64,000 bases of DNA. Source: Octopus vulgaris (lineage: Eukaryota). Positions 53,770 through 64,000 of the stretch are shown here, one piece after another. Position numbers and translations under genes: made by a program. Location of the stretch: the NCBI GenBank assembly GCA_951406725.2, contig OX597814.1:62558001-62622000 (forward strand), written 5' to 3'. Under the pieces are notes generated by a model. That model did not search any database and was not told the origin of the DNA. It saw only the letters and a program-made list of their open reading frames with translations. Numbering within the stretch: the stretch's first letter is position 1; the number at the start of each line of letters is the position of its first letter.

Positions 53770-56110
53770 TTATTCGTTCATCCAGGGCGTGATAATAATC
53801 CGCAAACATTTCTCCTGATGCATTTTGAGCACTGAAATTGTAGATGATTCAGAATATTTTCTGAGAATATGCACTTTCAAGTCTTTTTCAAAATTATAGC
53901 CGTTTGATGCAAAATGTTCAGCAAGTTCTGTCGAACTACTGTTCTTGTGCCAGACGTCATATCTGTGCCCATTGAATCTTTTGTTTAATTGTTCTGTTGT
54001 ACAACCAACACAAATCAAGTTGTGTTTCGTGAATTTTGCTGCGTACACCAAATGGGAATCTCTACATGTCCTGCCTTCTGTATAAATCATAACATTTCTG
54101 TTATGATTCCTGATGAGATTCACTTGACTCATGTTGTTGCATAATGAACAGTGCTTATCTGTCTTGCGACTATTTTCCAAGGTACAGCTTGAAGATACTC
54201 CAATGGTAGATTTCTTGGAGTCAGAAGTAGAGGTTAATAGTTCTCTTATATTTTCATTCCCTCTAAAGGCTACAATAGGCGGCTGAGGAAATATTTGTTT
54301 GAAACGAGTATATTTTCCCTCAACATGCAGGTAACTTTCATGCAACACTTTTGAAATGCCAGCAACATTTTGGAGCCAGTTGATCACTAAACGTATTCTG
54401 TCACATTTTGTACTGTGTTTGCTAAAATTATCCATGAAGGTTTGACTTTCTTTGCTAATCGTAGCTATGTCATTTGCTATTTTCCTTTAATGGTATAGAA
54501 AAGTATTTGCATTTTTCCAGTAATCTCCTATGTCCGTACAAATCCGTTTTATCCTAAAAAATTGGGATTTCCGATTTGATCGGATTATATGATGTGGATG
54601 ATCAGAACGGCGGTAGAGGTAAATGTGAGATGACATGGGTTTGCAGAAGAACTCTGCCACTATTCTACTTCCAGAAAACTTAATTTTTGTGTCCAAAAAT
54701 ACAATGCTAGTTTATGGAAAACTAGACGTAAATTATATGTTGGACTTAAAGCCATAGTTTTTAGTATAACAGTCACAGAAATGCAAGAATTCAACTAAAT
54801 TGTCTTGTGATCCTTCCCAGACAAAAAAGACGTCATCAATGAACCGTAACCAGACTATTGGTTCATGACCATGTAGGAGTTTGAATGTTTTCAGTAACTG
54901 TGTCTCGAATTTCATCATGAAGACATTAGCGAAATTAACCGCCATGGGGGTACCCATGGCGCAACCCCTCGTGTGGTGGTAAAATTTATGTCCAAACTTC
55001 ATTGTGTTACTTTGTAACACAAATCTCAATAACCTACAGGGAAAATTTGATAAAATATTTTTGTTTGACTGTTTTTTGAAGACATTCATGTATGCTTCTA
55101 CCCCTTCATCGTGGTCAATATAGGGATATAAAGAAGAAACATCCATGGTTACCAAAAAACAGTTTTCGACATGGCTTCGGTGTTTAAAAAAGCTGTTGAT
55201 TTCAAACAGAAGATCAAAAGTATTCCGAATATAGGAACTTGGTCTTTTTCCGACAGTCATCCAGCCACTCCGAAATTTTAGCTGTACAACATTCATATCC
55301 GCTGAAACTTATGCGCATTGGAGAAAATCTTTCGAACTGTTTGTATATGTTGGGGAGACCATAAAATACAGGTGTTCTTTCTGACTGTTAAATCCTGGAT
55401 TTGGCCTTATCAATGAAATTGTTTTCCTCCGTTTCCAGAATTATTTTGTAACTTCCTCTCTGTAATTAGGGTTTGGACCGAGAGGTAATGTTTCATATGA
55501 AGTTTTGTCATTTAAAACGTCTTCACAAGTCGAATATACTCACTCCAATGATAGTTTTCTCGGAGTCAGAAGTAGAGGTTAATATATTTATTATTCTCAT
55601 ATAATTTTTATTCCGTCTTGGTGGGGGAAGTTTATTTCATTGGATAATTACTGTATAGACTGTGTTTTGTGTTTGTGGGTTATTTTGTTTAGGTTTTATT
55701 AGTGAATCGATAGTGCCTTGCGTAGGATGTGGGCTGTTCTTAGTAGGGCTATTTTTTTGGATAATGTGTAATGTTGCGGATCCAGGTATAGCTTCTACGT
55801 TTTTGCTCATATGTCTTTTTTTTTATCATGCCCAATGATCCAGTTATTATTGGTATTGTTTTCACCTTCATAGCCCACAACTTGAATCCTTCAATTTCGA
55901 GGACATTGTACTTTGACAATCTCTTCACTTCGTTTTGGACAATATTTTGATCAGAAGGGATTTCAAGGTTTATCAGTAAACAAGTGTTTTTTCCTAATCC
56001 TGGATTATTATGTCTGGGGGATTAGCTTTTATTTCTTTGTATGTTTGAACCGGCATAGCCCAGATAATTCTGGCCTGGTCATTGTCTTGTACCTCATTTG
56101 GCACATGTTT
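53770..56110 (-). mobile_element. Penelope-like element (RT + GIY-YIG), decayed
   Basis: VTMDVSSLYPYI, GCAMGTPMAVNFANVFM, WLRFIDDVFFVW, KPMSSHIYL..SDHPHH, Cys-containing linker (CSLC), HLVYAA..VGCTTEQLNKRFNGHR. Confidence 0.93.
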
Positions 56111-56171
56111 ATATAATCTATTATCAGTTTTAATGTAGTATTGGCATATGGTCCTGTGGATAACAACAACA

Positions 56172-56210
<39 letters not shown>

Positions 56211-56211
<1 letters not shown>

Positions 56212-56430
56212 TAAATGCGGCGAAGTGGTAGAACCGTTACCACGACGAGTAAAAAGCGTAGCGGCATTTCCTCCATCTTTACGTCTTGAGGCTGACTTTG
56301 CCTTTAACCCTTTTGGGGATCGGTGAAGTAAGGAGCAGTTGAGCACTGGTATCGATATAATACACTTGTTCTTTGCGCCGAAAGTGCAGGCCTTGTGCCG
56401 AGATTTGAAACCACCACCACTACTACTACA

Positions 56431-56491
<61 letters not shown>

Positions 56492-56710
56492 TAAATGCGG
56501 CGAGGTGGTAGAACCGTTACCACGACGAGTAAAAAGCGTAGCGGCATTTCCTCCATCTTTACGTCTTGAGGCTGACTTTGCCTTTAACCCTTTTGGGAAT
56601 CGGTGAAGTAAGGAGCAGTTGAGCACTGGTATCGATATAATACACTTGTTCTTTGCGCCGAAAGTGCAGGCCTTGTGCCGAGATTTGAAACCACCACCAC
56701 TACTACTACA

Positions 56711-56777
<67 letters not shown>

Positions 56778-56778
56778 T
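56211..56778 (+). repeat. Tandem duplication (280-bp period) of SINE B plus (CTA)n
   Basis: ataaatgcggcga at 56211 and 56491; only two substitutions seen in the non-microsatellite part. Confidence 0.95.
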
Positions 56779-57769
56779 ATGTAAATGTTGCCGAGCTAAG
56801 AAATAATGGTACTCAGTTTAGTAAATGAAAGAAGTAGCTTTTTATGTCTTTGAGTTCTAACAGAAGGGCCTTAATCCGTTAAGTCGCGATCTCATTCCGA
56901 AGTAGAAAGGCTCGTCTTTGACATTGTATTTCTCAATGCCTTTTATTTTAAAAGTGACCTTTGGAATTGTTATATTTTTCTCAAAATAGCAACATCAGTG
57001 GTGACAGTCAGAAGTGCTTGTCACAATAGCAGATGTTTAATAGCAAAAAAGCAACTCCCTCTTCAAATACAAACAAATACATTTGAAAATGATACATGGT
57101 AAAATATCTGAATAAATAAACAATAATACAAAGAGGAATAGTTAAACAAAAAAAAATATAGTGTTAAAATGATCAAACTGAACAACACAGTGAAAACAGT
57201 CGAAATAATGGTAATTGTTTTCAATATAGGCTCAAGGTCAATGATTTCGAAGGGAAGACACTAGTTGTTTCTATCGCCCCAAGTATTGGACGTGTATTTT
57301 GTTTTATCGACGTTAGAAGAATGGAGTCACAAGATAAGCACCAGCCTGCCACAATATATCACAGAAGACCGCGGGAGGAGACAAATAATCTACACGTGCT
57401 TTCTTAAGACCATCGGATCTTTTCTTGTTACTTGTACGAGATGGAATCAGCTCTGGCACACACTTTAATTGAAATCCCCCATTCTGTATGTATCCACCCT
57501 TAATCCCCTACTGCGGGAACAGCAAATGCTGAGGGATAACCCTCGCGAACTACGATGTGGAAAAACCGTGTCAGCTTAGGCGGACAACGTCTCCGTCATA
57601 ATGTCAGACATTAAAAATCACCGAGGTGATTGGTAATGCTCTAAGGGACTACGGGGCGGTGACAGAAGTCAATGTCAGTGGGCCTGCATCTCGGTAACTA
57701 GAAAGGCAGGCCAATTCCGTCGAAGTGTGTCATGGGTCGCAAGATTTATGAAGCAATTAAATTACTCGG

Positions 57770-59330
57770 AATCTGGTTTGATGGGCCTTTCTTCCCACAT
57801 CGGTAACCCATCTTAACTTTCCCAAGTGTCATTGTTATGGGTATAGGTGAAATTACAAATAGTAACGGAGAAAGCGTGTCACCTTGGAAGATGCCCCTTT
57901 TAATATTAGCTTCTCCAAGGAATACATTACTTGAGTACAATTTGGTTTTCCATTGTCATGCTATGCAGCAGAAAATTTGTGATGTTATCAGCAACACCAA
58001 ACATCAGCAGGCATTCAACGATCCAAGAATGAGGCATCATATCATATACCTTCTTAAAGTCAATCCAAGCTATAGATATGTTTGTGTGATGTTTTTTTAC
58101 AATGCCTCAAAACTTTTTTATCGATGACCAGGTGATCCTTGGTACCCTGAAAACTCTTCCTACACCCTTTTTGTTCCATTGGTAGTATTTCCTCCTGTGC
58201 CAGGAAAGTGTATGTCTTTGCCGCACATATTCCAGTGATTATCTTCCAGATTATGTTTAGGCATACTATGGGACGGTAATTTTCCACAATATTACCCTTA
58301 CTTTCATTAAAAGTGTTGTCCTTCCAGTCATCATCCACGCGGCGACTGTACCTTTCTGGATACACTCATTCACTGGGCTGCTAGTCTTTCATGCACCACG
58401 TGGCATTTCCTCAGCCAGAAGCCATGAATCCCATCTGGTCTGGGTGCTTTCCAATTAGCCACTTTACCCACTTGCTCTTTCACATTACCCGTACTTATGA
58501 CAATATTCCTTTGTTTCTTTTCTCCTTGTAATTCTGTCTTGATAGTTCCTATCCACATTGCATCCCTTTTATACATCACATTGTTTCCCTATAATTCGTT
58601 CCAGAACTCATTGGCTTGATTTGCAGCAGGAACAACATTTTCCCCATCGTCTCTGTGTAACATTCGAAAGAATTGATTTGGGTTATTTTTGAACAATCTG
58701 TTCTCGAACTGCTTATATCTGTTCACAAATCTTTTTGTCCTGATCCTCTGTTTTAACTGCTCTGCTACAGCATCAAACCCGTTCTTCCGTATTTTATATT
58801 TCTTCTCTAATTTTTCTTGGTCGGTCTTTTTCACATTTTTCCAGTTTCCTCTTAACCATTGCTCAGTTTTTCCTAGATCTTGCCTTACTCGCATTATGTC
58901 ACTTTCAGTATGTCCTTTCCACCATGGTTCTTTTGCTCCGCCATTTTTTGTTCTCTTAAGTTATAATTTCTCCTCAACAAGTAGTGCAATAGCTCGGAGA
59001 AGATTCTTTGTTTGTGTTATGTCCTTCGTCTGGATGTATGGTATGACAGTATTTATCCTTTGTGTTACTTTATTTATCATACTCCTATCTATCTACCCTT
59101 TTTTTCTTCTTCTGGAGCATTTATCAAGTTGGCGAGTCGTCTTTGAATTTCAAGCAATTCATTATCTAGTTGTTTCATTTCCCCTGCATGTCCACCCACC
59201 ACATTATCAGGGTTCACTGTATAATGTTCCTGTTCCTCATCCTTTCTATGTTCCTCTTGTCTATTCTTCTCTCTGCTTTCAAGTCCGACCATGCTTTGTA
59301 CTCCATCGGCAGGGTCTCTCAGACTCTCAC
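57770..59330 (-). mobile_element. R4/Dong-like LINE, N-terminal and RT segment
   Basis: NWKAPRPDGIHGFWL, NYRPIVCLNIIWKIITG, EQKGCRK..GTKDHLVID, RGIFQGDTLSPLLF. Confidence 0.9.
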
Positions 59331-59469
59331 TAATCAGATACTTCTCTCTATATATATAACGTGCTTGTATTGAGTCGCCTCTATAACCACAGTGTTTATC
59401 ATTATTACCATCGTTCTACCTATAGCATTTATAAATATCAATAATAATATGGCACCTGGTATATTGTAG

Positions 59470-59587
59470 CAGATCTTTGTCACTATCAAATACTCGCCAA
59501 GCGTTCTCCTTTCACTCCTTATACAATGGTCTATACTAATTAGTCCTCTGCCACTATTCTTTCTTTTCATATACAGTCTGTTTACGT
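59470..59587 (-). mobile_element. Short R4/Dong-like fragment next to (AAT)n
   Basis: RLYMKRKNSGRGLISIDHCIRSE. Confidence 0.7.
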
Positions 59588-59589
59588 TA

Positions 59590-59656
<67 letters not shown>

Positions 59657-59942
59657 GTTTTCATGAAACCTAAACGAAATGTCAATCCATTCATGTTTAT
59701 CTATTCCCTTCAACGCAGTAGTGAAAGCATCCACACTATTTTGGCTTCATTATGTTCTTCGCATTCTGTATTATTTTATCTTGCAAAGAATATTCCCTTC
59801 TCATATATAGATAAATAAATCCATGGAATTTGAGAAAAGCTTTCGTATTTTCTCCGTTCCACAAATGGTTAACTGATAATTGTCAATGTGAATTATTTGA
59901 AACTCTGCAGTGGTACGACTGGAGTCAAGCAAATCTTAGTAT

Positions 59943-59975
<33 letters not shown>

Positions 59976-60194
59976 CAGTAGTAGTAGCAGTCAGCAGCAG
60001 CAGCAGTAGCAGGTGCGGCAGCAGTAGTAGTTGTAATGGCAGTAGTAGTAGTTGTAATGGCAGTAGTAGTAAAGGTGGTGCTATTATTGATAGCGGCAAT
60101 ACTGGTTGTATCAGTAGATGCAGAATAGAATAGTCACATTGTAACACGAGTGAATATTTGAATTATTGTATGTATGTACGTATTGTGTGTGTGT

Positions 60195-60228
<34 letters not shown>

Positions 60229-60939
60229 CTCTATGGATAAAATAGCTTAAAGATAAAATATGGCTTCGCCTAGAATTTACACATTTTTTTCTTGTATTGA
60301 TAGGTTTTCAAGATTTTCAAGGTGCAAAGTTGGAAATGAAGAATGTGTTTTTATTTACAGTTTGATTGTCAATGTAATTACTTTGCAGAGATATTGGTTC
60401 TGTAAGCTGAATTGTTCGAGATTACAGTACACGAAGACGAAGTCTTCTGTTATACACATAAATACTTCTAAATTTTGTTTTCTCTAAATGCTATCTCTAC
60501 AAACGCTTCTGAATTGCGTTTCAAGGATGTTTCTCAGACATTTTTGCATTGTGTCGTTAAATAATGCTTCTGCTTAGACTTCGAAACCGTACCTCTAAAT
60601 AGTGCTCCTAAAACATCTCTAAGCTGTATCTTAAAGTGAAGCCTCTACAAACATTTACAAATTTGCCCCTTAATGCTTCCTAAACAGTGTCTCTAAATAG
60701 TACCTCTATTGTACCTTTTACACTAAGAGGAACGGAATGACCCGTTACGACTATGATTTTCCTATTGTCGTGTGCTTTCTCATAAATGGGCACGGTAAAT
60801 TGGCGAGATCAAGAATAACGATAGCATACATTTGTAAATATATTTTGATAAATAGCGCAAATAATAAAGACAAAAAAACATGAAAATGTTAAAATTGGGA
60901 AGTAAACATATAAAGTGATGCGAGACATCCTATGCTTAA

Positions 60940-61525
60940 CCTGTCAGAAAATACAGCAAATCTGGACTCATTGGAGAAAACGACAGTGTCCCGAAATGCT
61001 AGTGGCCTCTCCACCATCTCACTGGCCCAATCGTTTCTCCACTTGATATTGGCTGGTCAAAGAAGTGGCTTCCTTCTTGCTCCTCTGCCATAGTAACCAA
61101 GTTTCTGGAGATACCTGACAGCTGTTCTGGGACTGACATCAACGTGTTCTGCCGTGTTAGGGGCCTTGCAACGAATATTATCCTTCACACTTTTCTTAAC
61201 AAAGAGAAAGGTCCTGTCAGAGAGTCCTGGTCAACCTGGGCGAAGTGATATGGACTCCTTCCCCACTCTGGTGAATTACACAATTACTCTATTAAATGTA
61301 GAAGGCTACGATCCTAAGGCTTTCTGTGACTTTACGCTGACTATGTCCACCTTCAGATTGACCCACAATATGCTCTTTTTGAAATTTAGACAGTTCCAAG
61401 GCTTCTTTTGTACCTGGCGTGAATAAACAGTCACATAAAACCTGAGACATAAAACTGTCACTTGATGAAAAATTAAAACCTTTACAAGTTAGAATAAAAA
61501 TAAAACGATATTTTATGGAGTGTCT
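60940..61525 (-). mobile_element. Tc1 transposase 5' fragment
   Basis: ELSKFQKS..IVGQSEGGHSQRKV; VSPRTAVRYLQKLGYYGRGARRKPLL..WA..TVVFSNESRF. Confidence 0.85.
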
Positions 61526-61529
61526 ACTT

Positions 61530-62672
61530 CTGTCATGTCTGTGTACACGAGGACAGTGACATCCTCTTTCAATTGGTACTTGAAGAAGTTGATGATGGCT
61601 TTGTCTGAAAGATGTATGTCCTCAAGCCCTTTAACCACGTCTTCCACACAACTTCCTTCACTGTTGTCACCAGATATAGGAACACTGATTCAGTCTTTAC
61701 AACATGATATATTGTAATATCTGTGCGAGTGCTTGTCGGACAATTTCGCCATCCGGGTACATCTAGAACTGGTTAGGTTGCTGGACACTTAAACTCGGCC
61801 ATTACTAAAGTTTATCCCAAACAGCCAATGCTTCTGTATAGGACTACCAAGCCAATCCAAGCCAAGCACTTTTGGAAGTTGTTCTTCAAAAGATTCTTCT
61901 GAACAGAAGAGACTGGGACTAATGACATTTAGAGTCACTCATATTCGTCACTAATGCTCGACAGAAGACGTAAAGGTTCTTTCCACCGGCCACATAGCAT
62001 AATTAATAGAGTGCAGGGAAAGATTGACAGCACTCCCAATACCTAGGTCCAACTTTGATTTGGCCTTGACAGCAGCCCAGTAAAAAGACGAGCTTCTGAA
62101 AAGCATGTCATGAACAGTGACTATATGTTTATCGTCATCATTGTCGTCGAAGAATCTCTGCAGATATGTTAATCTTAACCTGTGGTTCTTTAACCACGTC
62201 ATTCTGAGACCCACTTGTAACGTGTGTTGGCAACATGTGAATTTCCTAATCATCAGGACCTGTTATTCTATTAGAAGGGAAATAATATAAGCTCTAATCT
62301 AGCTATGTGTTTCCTTTAGACAAGGTATGATGGCCAGGCGATCTTACATCACCGAAGAGACAAGGTTGTTACCTAATTCCGTCCTATGATATCCTATGAG
62401 GATATCTTCCTCATAGCCAATTTTTGAGTGACTTTGACCATCCTGCTCGCTACTTCTCAGTTATTATCCACCTGAAGGTCGGGTACAAGCCAAATCCCAA
62501 ACACCTAGAATTTTAGTTAAGTGACAGATATACAGTCTCAGGTGATATTCCAATTGGAAATACCTCTTGGAATTCGAAATGGAATTCATCTGAGACAATG
62601 TAACGCATTTCATCTGCCTACAAAGTTTATAACTCTTTATGGTTCCTCCATCTTTGGACGTCGCTAAATCGG
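61530..62672 (-). mobile_element. Probable piggyBac transposase relic
   Basis: Ordered broken motifs RFFDD..IVT, RLFTGLL..YW, SLLFRRIF, RYYNI, KYQLKEDVTVL. Confidence 0.4.
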
Positions 62673-63094
62673 TTAGTTTTATTTGAATAAAGTATTTTGT
62701 AATACTAGTACTATTCGAGTTCTAGCCACTCCTTGAACAATAGCACTGACTATATAGTCAATTAATAAATAAATGTGTATACTTAGTTTCGGATAAGACT
62801 GAAATTAGAATTGAAAGCTGTAATCCAATCCCCTTTTTGTGTTCTCTAAGAAATAGAAAAGGTATTTGGTTACTTTTCTCTCCGTGCAAATAATTACACA
62901 ATGAAGAATAGATAAAACTTGTATTGATTATCAATATGTATATCACTAACTTACATTTCGGATTATGTAACACAAGCTATTAATTTATAATTAATTAATT
63001 GACTCTGTTGCCAATGAAAGCATTATTATACAATTCGAATTTACTAGTTTAACCTTGTCCTAATAAGCTAACAGCTATATTTCTTTCAGTACTT

Positions 63095-63700
63095 ACATGA
63101 AGAGGATACGCGACTTCTGGCGAGATTTGAATTGAAATCGAAACAGGTTTTCTTTTTGCAGAGATAAAACAGACATTTGTTTGCATTTTTACACGTGTAT
63201 TCAATTGCAGGTAGCAACAACAGTCTTGTAGTGTTCATCATAAATTATGCTCTACATAAAATTTCAGATAAGCCAACGTACATTGCATAGGTATCATTAA
63301 TTATTTTATGTAAAAATACTGTAGTTTTTAGCCCAAAGGTGAACCACCAGAGAGAACATAAACTTGCCATCATTTTCCGTAAGATAAATGACAATCGCAT
63401 ACTAATTGTCACCATAGCAGTACCAAATGTCTATAATATACAGTTAAGAGTTGAATAGGTAAAGGACCACACTGGCCTTGTTGTTGAATTAAAAACATCA
63501 AGGTAGTTTTAATAATGTGTTTATCATTCCTTTTATAATTGGCTCAATCGCATTGATGCACCATTTTTTTAACGTCGTTGGCAGATGAGGATAAACAAAA
63601 GCATGTTCCTGAAAACTGCAATACTGTAAGTTTTGTTAACTATGAATATTTTTCTTACCCTTAAACATATTTATTAAACATAGGACCACTTCTTTTTATT
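63095..63700 (-). pseudogene. Possible decayed SecA-like gene, central segment
   Basis: Across frameshifts: KKWCINAIE..DKHII, DVFNST..VWS, VYVLSG, LSEILCRA, NSNLARSR; minus-strand GTAAGT donor near 63097; recall-level similarity. Confidence 0.25.
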
Positions 63701-63719
63701 ATATATTTCAACAACAATG

Positions 63720-64000
63720 ACGTTGCCGGGTCATAGTGCTAGTGCATGTATATATGTGTACATATTACATGTACAACTATATATATACATCTACACATAA
63801 AATACAAAATACAAAGTTATATCTTGATATCGCTGGTGATAACAATACTCAAAATATATAACAGACTGGAATTGTAGGCCCGTCTCTTGCAATTTCGATC
63901 AATTGTATCTTGTCCTTCCTCTTGTAGAAAAGTGTGGCTACAATCCAGCCTACCTCAACTTCTGGGGGTATATTTTAAATTTTTATCCGAGACGTCATAC
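63720..64000 (-). mobile_element. Second copy of the 14556-16091 Helitron (3' part, runs off the window)
   Basis: Colinear with 14573-14877 (cgttgccgggtcatagtgcta..aggcccgtctcttgcaatttcgatcaattgtatc). Confidence 0.9.

Noticed and set aside
52660-59330. One Dong element split by the Penelope insertion
   Set aside because: The two RT pieces overlap in the IP(I/L)T..GY region with different sequence, so they are separate copies
60480-60720. Degenerate CCTCTAAATA-type repeats
   Set aside because: Too irregular to define a period or function

Overview
This is AT-rich eukaryotic DNA full of microsatellites ((TA)n, (CA)n, (TATG)n, (TATC)n, (AAT)n, (CTA)n) and decayed transposable elements. The repeat content suggests an invertebrate, probably an octopus-like cephalopod (inference). 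I see no intact host gene, rRNA, true tRNA or CRISPR array, and most long ORFs in the track are microsatellite read-throughs. Recognisable elements include many Tc1/mariner/maT/pogo copies (several with TIRs and TA target sites), non-autonomous Helitrons, a MULE, a probable piggyBac relic, Penelope-like elements, and RTE, CR1, R4/Dong and HERO-like LINE fragments. There are also at least three SINE-like families. Best leads: (1) a tRNA-headed short element that appears to carry a minimal type-I hammerhead ribozyme, split by a Dong insertion (43819-44779); (2) further hammerhead relics around a Penelope 3' end; (3) a CR1-like LINE and the main SINE sharing a 3' stem-loop; (4) a fold-back mariner made of two 5' ends; (5) faint, frameshifted relics of what may be a duplicated SecA-like helicase gene on the minus strand. 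All protein assignments come from manual translation and motif recall, not database searches.
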